From an uncultured Oscillospiraceae bacterium (lineage in GTDB: Bacteria; Bacillota; Clostridia; Christensenellales; CAG-314): a stretch of 64,000 nucleotides of DNA. Position numbers and translations under genes: made by a program. The stretch spans positions 125,591 through 189,590 of the forward strand of contig CAZHUH010000001.1 in assembly GCA_964535505.1 (NCBI GenBank). Reading direction: 5' to 3'. This document shows, in pieces, positions 54,165-62,981 of this stretch; position 1 is the first letter of the stretch, and each line of letters starts with the position of its first letter. The notes under the pieces are model-generated. The model was not told the DNA's origin, made no database searches, and saw nothing but the letters and a program-made list of their open reading frames with translations.

Positions 54165-55487
54165 TCAATCGTTATCCTTGTCACCACCGCGAAATACCAA
54201 GCGAATGGGCGTACCGTCTAGCGAAAATGCTCTTCTTATGTAATTTTCCAAATATCTACGATAAGAAAAATGTACCAAAGCCGCATCGTTGGTAAAAATC
54301 ACAAATGTCGGCGGTTGGGTGGAGGCTTGCGTTGCATATTTTATTTTGGCACGCTTGCCGTTTGCCGAAGGCGGTTCCACCGCTTGCACGGCATCGGTTA
54401 TAACATCGTTAAGCATACCGGTGGTAACACGAAAAGTGGATTTTGCATAAACGTATTTTACTTCGTCCATCAGTTTGTTCACACGCTGCCCGGTAAGTGC
54501 CGAAACAGTTATATAGCGGAAATAATCCATAAATGCCAAATCGCAAGACAACTCTTTTTTGAATTTTTCCACGGTGTGGGTGTCTTTTTCAATCAAATCC
54601 CACTTGTTTATCACCACAACCGAAGGCTTCCCTTCTTCATGAATAAACCCTGCAATTTTAACATCCTGTTCGGAAAGTCCCTCGTTGGCATCCATAACAA
54701 TCAAACACACATCGGCACGGCGAACGGCATTCAGCGAACGCATAACGCTGTATTGCTCTACAGTGTCATCGGTTATGGCGCGTTTGCGGCGCATGCCTGC
54801 GGTGTCGATTATGACGTACTTTCTCCCGTCGAAAGAAAAGGGCGTATCAATAGCGTCGCGCGTCGTCCCGGCAATATCCGAAACTATCGTGCGATCATAC
54901 CCCAAAATTTTGTTCACCAACGAAGATTTGCCTGCGTTGGGTTTTCCGACAACGGCAATTTTTATCACATCGTCATCTTCTTCGGCAAGGTTTTCTTCGG
55001 GGAAATGTTCCACAACGGCATCCAATAAATCGCCCACACCTTGTTTTTGTTCAGCAGCAATGGGATAAATGTCGCCCAGCCCCAACGAATAAAAGTCCGA
55101 AAGGTCGCTTTCGAGGTAGTTATCCACCTTGTTTACCACCATCACAATTGGCTTGTTACTTTTGCGAAGTAAAGTTGCAACATCGTAGTCTTCCGAAGTA
55201 AGCCCCGTTTTGTAATCGCAAAAGAACAAAATAACGTCGGCCAAATCGACGGCAATTTGCGCTTGTTGACGAATATGCTTAAACATCACGTCTTCACTTT
55301 TAAATTGAATTCCGCCGGTATCCACCAGCGTAAATTTTTTCCCTAACCATTCAGCATCGGCGTAAATTCTGTCGCGAGTAACCCCTGGCACATCCGAAAC
55401 TATGGAAATACGTCCACCGCAAACCTTATTGAAAAAAGTGGATTTTCCGACATTGGGCTTGCCGACAACGGCAACAAGCGGTTTCAT
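54165..55487 (-). CDS. der: Ribosome biogenesis GTPase Der (EngA)
   Basis: 440 aa. Tandem G domains (GKPNVGKST, GKPNAGKSS) plus a KH-like C-terminus. Confidence 0.97.
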   Translation of the reverse strand: MKPLVAVVGKPNVGKSTFFNKVCGGRISIVSDVPGVTRDRIYADAEWLGKKFTLVDTGGIQFKSEDVMFKHIRQQAQIAVDLADVILFFCDYKTGLTSEDYDVATLLRKSNKPIVMVVNKVDNYLESDLSDFYSLGLGDIYPIAAEQKQGVGDLLDAVVEHFPEENLAEEDDDVIKIAVVGKPNAGKSSLVNKILGYDRTIVSDIAGTTRDAIDTPFSFDGRKYVIIDTAGMRRKRAITDDTVEQYSVMRSLNAVRRADVCLIVMDANEGLSEQDVKIAGFIHEEGKPSVVVINKWDLIEKDTHTVEKFKKELSCDLAFMDYFRYITVSALTGQRVNKLMDEVKYVYAKSTFRVTTGMLNDVITDAVQAVEPPSANGKRAKIKYATQASTQPPTFVIFTNDAALVHFSYRRYLENYIRRAFSLDGTPIRLVFRGGDKDND

Positions 55488-55703
55488 AGTTTATCCTCCT
55501 AAAACAAAAATGTTTTTTCTTGCACAACTAAAGATTGAATAAGAAAAAGTAATGTAGTATAAAAACTGTTTGCTCTGCGCCGAAAGGATTTTTCTATGCC
55601 CAGCATCGTGCACTTGCGCAATTTTCGCAACTTTGCAATACATTTGTGCAACGTTTCGGAAATCTTCGCAACATCAACGGCATATTCTTCGGTAACGCAA
55701 AAA

Positions 55704-57005
55704 TCAGTCGTCGCAATTCAAAATCGCTTGACACATCTCGTAACCATCGGCAGTAACAACAACCTTTTTGCCCGTTTGGCGTATCAATTCGTCCAACGTC
55801 ATGCCGTCCAAAAACACGTTTTCTGTTTCACGCAACATAACGCGCGGCAACAACAATGTGTCGCCAACATCGGTGCGACCTTGCAGTGTGGAAACAATAT
55901 CTTGCCCCACCACCAAACCGGCAACAGTTACCGTTTCGCCGAAAAACTTGTTGTAAACGGTGATAACATTTGCTTGCAACTCGGGGAAAGCGCATTTTGC
56001 TTTTTCCAATGTTTCTTGCATAAGCGGTGTTGCCGAAACACCCGTTACAACTGAAAAACTGCCTTTTTTTGCGGAAGTCGCATCGGCAAAAGCTAAATTG
56101 AATTGATAACGAAAATCGGCAATCAAGCCAACGCCATTTTCCAACTGTTCAAAATCGCCGTAGTAGTCGTAATTGGGCACATCCTTTTGCGCGTAAAGAT
56201 ACATTTCGTCGGAACAATAAGCAAAATGATTACCGGTTGCCTCAAAGCACTTTTTGTCAAAAGCTTCCACAAAAGCCACCGTATCTTCCGCCACACTTTG
56301 CGTTACCGGCGAAAGGTTGCACAGTTCTTCGCGAAACTTGGTAAGCCCCACCGGCACCACGGCAACATTTTTTACCGCGGGGGAAAGAGTGAACAAATCG
56401 GTAAGCGTTTTTTCTAGTTGCTTGCCATCGTTCAACCCGGGGCACATCACCACTTGCGTATACATAGAAATGCCGTTATCCGCAAGATGTTGCAACAGCG
56501 GCATTATCGGGCGCGCACGCTTGTTGCCAAGCAATTTTCGACGCAGCTCGTCATCCGTTGCATGCACTGAAACATAAAGCGGCGAAAACTTTTTTGCAAC
56601 AATTCGCGCAATTTCCGCATCGCTAACGTTTGTGAGTGTAACAAAGTTGCCCGAAACAAACGAGAGCCGCCAGTCGTCGTCCTTCACGTACAACGTTTTG
56701 CGCTGCCCTTTGGGAAGTTGATCGACGAAACAAAACACACACTTATTGGCGCACCAACGCGGCTCGATGTAGCATTCGTCGAAAAAATCCCACCCCATAG
56801 GTTGTCCGCAATCTTTATGAACGTCAAAGGTAAGTTGCTCGCCGTTGCGCAACACAGTTACGGAAAAATCCGACTGCGAATCGAAATAGGCAACGTCCAA
56901 CATATCCTTTGCTTGTTCTCCGTTGAAAAGCACAATTTCATCTTGCTTTTTAAGCCCTATCTTTTCCGCAACGGAACGCTTATCCAATCCCGAAATTTTC
57001 AGCAT
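55704..57005 (-). CDS. DUF512 protein with N-terminal PDZ-like and radical-SAM-like regions
   Basis: 433 aa. CANKCVFC motif. Conserved position upstream of der in Clostridia (from memory). Confidence 0.8.
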   Translation of the reverse strand: MLKISGLDKRSVAEKIGLKKQDEIVLFNGEQAKDMLDVAYFDSQSDFSVTVLRNGEQLTFDVHKDCGQPMGWDFFDECYIEPRWCANKCVFCFVDQLPKGQRKTLYVKDDDWRLSFVSGNFVTLTNVSDAEIARIVAKKFSPLYVSVHATDDELRRKLLGNKRARPIMPLLQHLADNGISMYTQVVMCPGLNDGKQLEKTLTDLFTLSPAVKNVAVVPVGLTKFREELCNLSPVTQSVAEDTVAFVEAFDKKCFEATGNHFAYCSDEMYLYAQKDVPNYDYYGDFEQLENGVGLIADFRYQFNLAFADATSAKKGSFSVVTGVSATPLMQETLEKAKCAFPELQANVITVYNKFFGETVTVAGLVVGQDIVSTLQGRTDVGDTLLLPRVMLRETENVFLDGMTLDELIRQTGKKVVVTADGYEMCQAILNCDD

Positions 57006-57074
57006 GGTATCCTCACAAAAATGGCAACCGAAAAAACGATTGCCACCGACTTTGAAAAGTTTTAATCGAATTAC

Positions 57075-57923
57075 TTACTTTTTGTAAAACTGCGTTAAAT
57101 CCGTATTCAAAACAACGCTTTTGCCGTCAAGATACTTCAACGGACCTTGCTGAAAATGGAAAGTTATTTTTGTACAACACAAAAGTTGCGTTTTTGCGCG
57201 AAAACGACGATTAATCTTGTTGATACCGTACTTTCCGTCCCCCAAAATAGGCAGCTTCATAAAAGCCAAGTGTGCACGAATTTGGTGCGTGCGGCCTGTT
57301 ACAGGTTTAACTTCCAACAGCGAAAGTTCGCCCAAGTTTTTAAGCAATTTGTAGTGCGTTTCAATTGGCAAATAGCCTTGTTTTGGCACGGTGGAAATGT
57401 ACACCATGCTTTTTTTTGCGTCTTTGAACAAAAACGCTTTGAGTTTGGCAGATGCCGGTTTTGGTGTGCCCACCACAATGCAGTTGTAAAGTTTATCGAT
57501 ATCCCTATCCTTGAAAGAATTCAAAAGTTCCGTTTCTGCTGTATTGTTCAACGCAAAAACTACCAACCCCATGGTGTTCCTGTCCAAACGGTGCACGGGA
57601 ACGGCCGTTGCATCGGTAAGAATGTTGTTGATTCTTTCGGTCAGCGAATCGACGCCTTGAACTTCTATGCCGGGCATCTTGTTCACTACCAAAATGTTGT
57701 CATCGCGATAAACAACTTCAATGCTGTCCTTTTCGCGATCTGCCAAGTAAACGTAAACAACGTCCCCGGGGTTCACGTTCATATCCACGCCGACACGCAG
57801 TCCATTTACCTTTACGCTTTTGGATTTTATGATTTTTTGAATTCTGTAATACCCCAACTCAGTGTTGTCGCCGATGGCATCCGACAAGAGTTGACGACTT
57901 TTAACTTCTATTTCCTTTAACAT
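57075..57923 (-). CDS. RluA-family pseudouridine synthase with S4-like N-domain
   Basis: 282 aa. Catalytic HRLDRNTMG motif. Confidence 0.88.
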   Translation of the reverse strand: MLKEIEVKSRQLLSDAIGDNTELGYYRIQKIIKSKSVKVNGLRVGVDMNVNPGDVVYVYLADREKDSIEVVYRDDNILVVNKMPGIEVQGVDSLTERINNILTDATAVPVHRLDRNTMGLVVFALNNTAETELLNSFKDRDIDKLYNCIVVGTPKPASAKLKAFLFKDAKKSMVYISTVPKQGYLPIETHYKLLKNLGELSLLEVKPVTGRTHQIRAHLAFMKLPILGDGKYGINKINRRFRAKTQLLCCTKITFHFQQGPLKYLDGKSVVLNTDLTQFYKK

Positions 57924-58107
57924 ATTTTACATTATATCAAAATACATATAAAAAAGCAAATATTTAATGAGCAATTTTCCGTTGGCTTTTCTCGCCAAAA
58001 TACCCCTTTCCATAGACTTATCGAGCCAAATTGACATTAAACCATGCGTCACATTTCAGTCAGCGTCGTTGTACAAATTTCCGCCCCACCCCCAAAAGCC
58101 ATTTCAA

Positions 58108-58137
58108 GATGTCTGATATAGCCTCTAACATAGAATC
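58108..58137 (+). repeat. Degenerate REP-like fragment
   Basis: GATGTCTGATATAGCCTCTAACATAGAATC, a partial match to the core. Confidence 0.4.
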
Positions 58138-58226
58138 TCACCGAAAAAACAATAAAAAAGTGCAAAAAACACAAATAATTTCATGCTGTTTTCGCAGAAA
58201 AAAAAGTGTTTATTTGCGCCAAATAG

Positions 58227-58248
58227 AATATTATGCGTGTAATAGTAT
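58227..58248 (+). repeat. Degenerate REP-like element, copy 9
   Basis: ATATTATGCGTGTAATAGTATT keeps the ATTAT/ATAGTAT arms but has a diverged spacer. Confidence 0.45.
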
Positions 58249-58272
58249 TTTATAAAACGACGATTTCTGACA

Positions 58273-58590
58273 TTATTCGATAAAATCGCCCTCACAATCG
58301 GCAGCACAAATGCCCTTTTTCTTGTCTTTTTCGTTGGTTTTTGTAACGGTAGTTACACTGTGAATGTTGATAGAAACCAATATCACATCTTCCCCTATTT
58401 TGGAAATATCGTTCCAAGGAATAAAAATATCCTCGCTTGCCTTAAAAAGTTTGCGCACACCCGGCACCACCAACCCCAAAACCTCTTTGCCGTTGCTTTG
58501 AATTATCATATCGATAATTTTCCCCATTCTGGCACCGTTTTGCAAATTTACCACTTCTTTGCACCGCAATTCGTTGTAGCTTATTTCCAT
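58273..58590 (-). CDS. YlmC/YmxH-family sporulation protein (PRC barrel)
   Basis: 105 aa. N-terminus ELRCKEVVNLQNGARMGKIIDMII is typical of the family. Confidence 0.8.
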   Translation of the reverse strand: MEISYNELRCKEVVNLQNGARMGKIIDMIIQSNGKEVLGLVVPGVRKLFKASEDIFIPWNDISKIGEDVILVSINIHSVTTVTKTNEKDKKKGICAADCEGDFIE

Positions 58591-58663
58591 TTAGAACTCC
58601 CTATTTACGATAATGCTTTCAAAAAAAAATAAATTACTCAAAAGCCGCAAAAAGGTACAAGCG

Positions 58664-59434
58664 TCACACAAAATCTTGCCGCAAGTGCGCCATTGCATTT
58701 TTTTCCAATCGCGAAACTTGAGCCTGACTTAGCCCCACTTCCCTGGAAACTTCCATTTGCGTTTTGCCCTCGAAATAACGTTTAAGCAAAATGTTCTTTT
58801 CCCTTTCATCCAAAGCGTTCAGTGCGTCAAACAGCGTAACGCTGTCCGCCCAATTCTGTTCAGATGTGCTTTGATCGCAAATATGATCCAATAGCGACAG
58901 CGAATCTTCTTCGTCAGTATACACTGCGTCGGAAAGCGAAACGGGGTCGCTTATCGCATCCAAGCAGTAAAGCACCCTAAACACAGGTAAATCCATTTCG
59001 TGCGCCACTTCTTCAACGCTAACTTCCTTTACGCTTTCTTTTTCCAACCTATCGCGTGTTTGCAAAGCCTTGTAAGCCACGTCGCGAATGCCCCGACTAA
59101 CGCGCAACGAGTTGGATTCGCGCAAAAATCTGCGAATTTCGCCGTCTATCATTGGCACTGCGTAGGTAGAAAAACACACACCGAATTTGGGATTGAAATT
59201 GTCCACGGATTTTATCAGCCCAACGCACCCGATTTGAAAAAGATCGTCCAAATTGTTGCAACGAGAAGCATAGCGTTGAACAATGGAAAGCACCAATCGC
59301 AAATTGCAGTTTATAAAGGTATTGCGTGCATCGGCATCGCCCTGTCGAATTTGCCGCAAAAGTTGTTTGGATTGCGCCGCCGTCAATGTCGGCAAGACCG
59401 AAGTATCGACACCGCAAATTTCCACCCTTTTCAA
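58664..59434 (-). CDS. sigG: Sporulation sigma factor G
   Basis: KRVEICGVDTSVLPTL... NLRLVLSIVQRY... FSTYAVPMIDGEIRRFLRE, aligned from memory to B. subtilis SigG. No SigE-type pro-sequence. Start set to TTG 59434, since the GTG at 59443 lies within the GGAGGTG SD. Confidence 0.9.
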   Translation of the reverse strand: MKRVEICGVDTSVLPTLTAAQSKQLLRQIRQGDADARNTFINCNLRLVLSIVQRYASRCNNLDDLFQIGCVGLIKSVDNFNPKFGVCFSTYAVPMIDGEIRRFLRESNSLRVSRGIRDVAYKALQTRDRLEKESVKEVSVEEVAHEMDLPVFRVLYCLDAISDPVSLSDAVYTDEEDSLSLLDHICDQSTSEQNWADSVTLFDALNALDEREKNILLKRYFEGKTQMEVSREVGLSQAQVSRLEKNAMAHLRQDFV

Positions 59435-59460
59435 TTTGCTCACCTCCGCTTGTTTTTTGA

Positions 59461-59490
59461 TAGTTTGTTCTCTAAACCGCGGTTTTATAC
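59461..59490 (-). promoter_or_regulatory. Forespore (sigma-F/G-type) promoter of sigG
   Basis: Minus strand GTATA-18 nt-CAAACTA matches GHATR-N17-18-CAHWHTA. Confidence 0.55.
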
Positions 59491-59811
59491 TGTAACTTCC
59501 GCAACAGCAACAAAAAAATGGACACGAATTTGCGCCCGAAATTTTGATTTTAGTGATAAAGTTGGTGATAGAAGAAAATTGCGTAATAAATGTTTGTGTA
59601 AGTATAAAAATTCACTAAATCAACCATGCAGCCGCAATGAACACGCCCAAAATAACACACCGTTGCGGTTGGACACAGCCACAGTTTGCAATTGAAACGC
59701 AAACAAGATATGCTTTCAATTTAGCACTCAAAGCCTGATATTGTTTTTGTTTGCAACAAATACATTCGCAATCTGCTTCCGTTCATAAGTGCGATGCAAG
59801 TGTATTCAAGT

Positions 59812-60393
59812 CTATTTCTTTTTCAATTCCTTTTGCCAACACCAATAGCACATATTTTCGTAGACTTCGTCGCCGCCGATAAGCACCACCGGTCCGTCAT
59901 CCACACACTTACCGTCCACAAAACGCGCATTAACAGTAGATTTTCTGCCGCAACGACACACGGATTTTATCTCTTGTAGCGAATCTGCCAATTCCACCAA
60001 GCGTTTGCTGCCTTCAAACAGTTTGCATTTGAAGTCGGTAAGCAATCCGTAGCACAAAACGGGCACGTATTGCGTAAGTTGTTTGAGTTGGTCTACTTGC
60101 TTTTCTGTGCAAAACTGCGCTTCATCCACAATGATGCAGTTGCACTCATGCAAAGCGTGGTATTTTTCGAACAAATCCAAAAAACTTTCGGTGGGTGAAA
60201 TAACTTCGCATTCGCACACTAACCCTATGCGCGAACGCACCTTGGGCGTTTCGCCGCTGTCGCCGCGATTGTCCACAGTAGGCTTCACAAGCAAAACTTT
60301 CATTCCCTTTTGCTCGTAGTTAAATTTGCACATAAGAGCTTGCGCCGATTTGCTGCTGCCCATTGTGCCGTATTTGAAATACAATCTGAACAT
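59812..60393 (-). CDS. tdk: Thymidine kinase
   Basis: 193 aa. P-loop GTMGSSKS and C-terminal Zn ribbon (CRCG...CYWC). Confidence 0.95.
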   Translation of the reverse strand: MFRLYFKYGTMGSSKSAQALMCKFNYEQKGMKVLLVKPTVDNRGDSGETPKVRSRIGLVCECEVISPTESFLDLFEKYHALHECNCIIVDEAQFCTEKQVDQLKQLTQYVPVLCYGLLTDFKCKLFEGSKRLVELADSLQEIKSVCRCGRKSTVNARFVDGKCVDDGPVVLIGGDEVYENMCYWCWQKELKKK

Positions 60394-60462
60394 CTTATAT
60401 TATCTCCTTGGTGCAGTAAATAATTATTTTTACCGCATTTTCGAAACTTTTGTCGTGCAATT

Positions 60463-62121
60463 TTAATACAATCCGTCAATCAGACCATCGTTATCAATGG
60501 TCATTTTTACTGCGTTAGGCACTTTTGAAAGCCCCGGCATCAACAATATATTTCCCGCAATAGCCACCAAAAAACCTGCGCCGCCGCGATATTCCACGTC
60601 ACGAATTTTAAGGGTAAAGCCTTTCGGCGCGCCCAAAAGCGTCGCATCATCGGAAAAACTGTATTGCGTTTTAGCAATTACCACCGGCAATTTGCTTATA
60701 TTCAATGAGGAAAGTTTTTCCAAACTGTCTAACGCCTTTTCGGAAAACTCAACATCTGCGGCACCGTAAATTTTTGTGGCAATTTTGCGAATTTTTTCTT
60801 TCACACTATCGCTATCGTCGTAAGCAAAAGAAAATTGAGAGTTATCCGCCGTATCACAAAGTTCCTTCACGCACAAAGCCAGTTGTTTGGCGCCTCTGCC
60901 GCCTTTGCCCCACACATCGCAACAAACGGCTTTTACGCCAATTTGCTCAACAGCACGCTTTATAGCGTTAAGTTCGCGCTTTGTATCGGCGGTAAAACGA
61001 TTTATCGCCACCACAACGGGCAATTTATAAACATTTTTGATATTAGAAACATGTCGCAACAAATTGCACATTCCTGTTTTCAATGCCGACAAATTTTCTT
61101 CCGAAAGATTGTCTTTCGAGGCACCGCCGTGCAATTTCAACGCACGCACCGTTGCCACCACGACAACTGCATTTGGCACCAAATTTGCCATGCGGCATTT
61201 TACGTCCAAAAACTTTTCCGCACCCAAATCGGCGCCGAATCCCGCTTCCGTTACCGTGTAATCGGCAAAAGTCATCGCAAGTTTTGTCGCTTGAACGCTG
61301 TTGCAGCCGTGCGCGATATTTGCAAAGGGACCGCAATGTACAAATGCCGGCGTGCCGCCAATGGTTTGCACCAAATTGGGTTTCAGTGCATCTTTCAGTA
61401 AAATTGCCATGGCGTTTTCCGCCTGCAAATCTTTGGCGAACACAGGTTTGTTGTCAAACGTGTAAGCTACCAAGATGTTTCCGAGACGATTTTTCAAATC
61501 ATCGATATCTTCCGCCAAAGTTAAAACCGCCATCACTTCGCTTGCCGCAGTGATGTTGAATTTTTCAGCATGCGGAATGCTGTCTTTCACGCCGCTGTTG
61601 ACGATCACCCCACGCAATGCTCTGTCGTTTACGTCCATCGTGCGGTTGAAAACCACCTTTTCTGGGTCGATATTCAGCAGATTTCCTTGGAAAATGCTAT
61701 TGTCGATAAGCGCGCACAACAGATTGTTTGCCGAAGTTATTGCGTGAAAATCCCCCGTGAAGTGCAAATTAATGTCTTCCATTGGCAAAATTTGAGAGTA
61801 TCCACCGCCGGTTGCACCGCCTTTTATGCCAAAAACGGGACCAAGCGACGGCTCACGCAATGCCAAACAAGTTTTTGCCCCCACAAGGTTAAGTCCATCG
61901 GCAAGCCCTATAGAGACGGTTGTTTTGCCTTCGCCCGCGGCTGTTGGGTTAATCGCTGTAACAAGCACCAGTTTAGCTCCGCTTTTGGGGTTTGGTTTTG
62001 TTGAAACCTTTGCCTTAAAATTTCCGTAAAGTTCCAAAGAGTTTTTTTGTATGCCGATTTTTTTCGCAATATCGGCGATGTTGCGCAATTTGCATTGCCT
62101 TGCAATTTCAATATCAGTCAT
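60463..62121 (-). CDS. fhs: Formate--tetrahydrofolate ligase
   Basis: PTAAGEGKTT motif and full-length FTHFS pattern. Start moved to ATG 62121 (MTDIEIARQ) after a GGGGGTGG SD. Confidence 0.97.
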   Translation of the reverse strand: MTDIEIARQCKLRNIADIAKKIGIQKNSLELYGNFKAKVSTKPNPKSGAKLVLVTAINPTAAGEGKTTVSIGLADGLNLVGAKTCLALREPSLGPVFGIKGGATGGGYSQILPMEDINLHFTGDFHAITSANNLLCALIDNSIFQGNLLNIDPEKVVFNRTMDVNDRALRGVIVNSGVKDSIPHAEKFNITAASEVMAVLTLAEDIDDLKNRLGNILVAYTFDNKPVFAKDLQAENAMAILLKDALKPNLVQTIGGTPAFVHCGPFANIAHGCNSVQATKLAMTFADYTVTEAGFGADLGAEKFLDVKCRMANLVPNAVVVVATVRALKLHGGASKDNLSEENLSALKTGMCNLLRHVSNIKNVYKLPVVVAINRFTADTKRELNAIKRAVEQIGVKAVCCDVWGKGGRGAKQLALCVKELCDTADNSQFSFAYDDSDSVKEKIRKIATKIYGAADVEFSEKALDSLEKLSSLNISKLPVVIAKTQYSFSDDATLLGAPKGFTLKIRDVEYRGGAGFLVAIAGNILLMPGLSKVPNAVKMTIDNDGLIDGLY

Positions 62122-62232
62122 TTTCCACCCCCAAAAAATTTGCAAAACAAATTTTGCCATAGCGCAAAACGTGCAAGTGAAATTTTCAAACAAACTTTGT
62201 CACAAGCAAAACACATACACACAAAATTTGCT

Positions 62233-62281
62233 AAAAAACGCCCGCTACCGCACTTATATCATTTTTCGCGGCGCCAGGCGT
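62233..62281 (-). terminator. Intrinsic terminator inside the fhs 5' UTR (attenuator)
   Basis: Minus strand ACGCCTGGCGCCGC...GCGGTAGCGGGCGT followed by TTTTTT. Its 5' arm overlaps an alternative hairpin GGC(C)GTG-GTCAAAG-CACGCC (62277-62296). Confidence 0.6.
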
Positions 62282-62338
62282 GCTTTGACCACGGCCAACT
62301 GCATTTTACGAAGATAGCCTTTTGTTTCCGTTACCTAA

Positions 62339-62367
62339 ATCATACCAAATTCCCATTCAATTTGCAA
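62339..62367 (-). promoter_or_regulatory. Sigma-A promoter of fhs
   Basis: Minus strand TTGCAA-17 nt-(TGg)TATGAT, leaving a ~210-nt leader. Confidence 0.6.
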
Positions 62368-62455
62368 TCAAAAACATAAAGATTGTTGACGATATTTGAA
62401 ATAAATTGTTGGATAAAAAAATGATTAACAAAAAAGAAAAGTTGCACAAAAACTG

Positions 62456-62484
62456 TTGCTTTTTTTTTCGCTCTTTGGTAAAAT
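62456..62484 (+). promoter_or_regulatory. Sigma-A promoter of tRNA-Cys
   Basis: TTGCTT-17 nt-(TGg)TAAAAT, about 12 nt before the tRNA 5' end. Confidence 0.6.
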
Positions 62485-62496
62485 AGATAGGCGGAT

Positions 62497-62570
62497 GGCA
62501 CCATAGCCAAGTGGTAAGGCAGAGCTCTGCAAAAGCTTCACCCCCAGTCCGAGTCTGGGTGGTGCCTCCA
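62497..62570 (+). tRNA. tRNA-Cys (GCA), CCA encoded
   Basis: 74 nt. GGCACCATAGCCAAGTGGTAAGGC..., anticodon loop CTGCAAA, T-arm CCCAGTCCGAGTCTGGG. Confidence 0.95.
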
Positions 62571-62573
62571 AAA

Positions 62574-62610
62574 AATCCCGAATTGCTTTGTTGCAATTCG
62601 GGATTTTTTT
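62574..62610 (+). terminator. Strong intrinsic terminator after tRNA-Cys
   Basis: Perfect 13-bp stem AATCCCGAATTGC/GCAATTCGGGATT, 6-nt loop, then T7. Confidence 0.85.
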
Positions 62611-62812
62611 AAGGAAAAGGGCGGAGACTTTTTTCTGACCTTGTGAAAGAGTTGCAGATTTTGATATAAATAAGTACACGTTCAAATCGCACTCGACACA
62701 ACACAAATGTTCTCGCCATTCATTCAGACCAATTCAAATCTGTCAATTCGCGCTTAAATTGGTATTAAGCAGTTAAATCAACGTTTACCCATTTAAATAC
62801 TCATTACAGCTT

Positions 62813-62965
62813 TTAGCTTATCAGCATTGTGCTTAAGGCGATGGTCAAAAGATCATTTATGTCGTGAGCTTGGTCAATCACAGTCTTGATAGCCTCTTTT
62901 TTTAGTAATGTTAACGGTCGTTGTCCATTAACTCAAAAAAAATCTTTAATGCTTTCCTCGGTCAT
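62813..62965 (-). pseudogene. Decayed small ORF downstream of the DUF2075 gene
   Basis: ATG 62965 opens MTEESIKDFF and stops at a T8 run. Other frames continue ...KKEAIKTVIDQAHDINDLLTIALSTMLIS. No family recognised. Confidence 0.25.
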
Positions 62966-62981
62966 TTTTGCCCTCAAAATA

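Noticed and set aside
7268-58248. CRISPR array, considered because a short palindromic repeat recurs.
   Set aside because: Copies are kilobases apart and separated by genes, not by regular 25-40-nt spacers. No cas genes are present.
62233-62340. ZTP (pfl) or THF riboswitch as the identity of the fhs leader.
   Set aside because: CGCCUGGCG and ACGGAAAC only superficially resemble ZTP elements. The invariant CUGGGC and the GACUGRCGG/CCGYC pseudoknot partners are absent, as are the THF GAGUAG / CGCGUUAAG motifs. It is reported as an unclassified attenuator instead.
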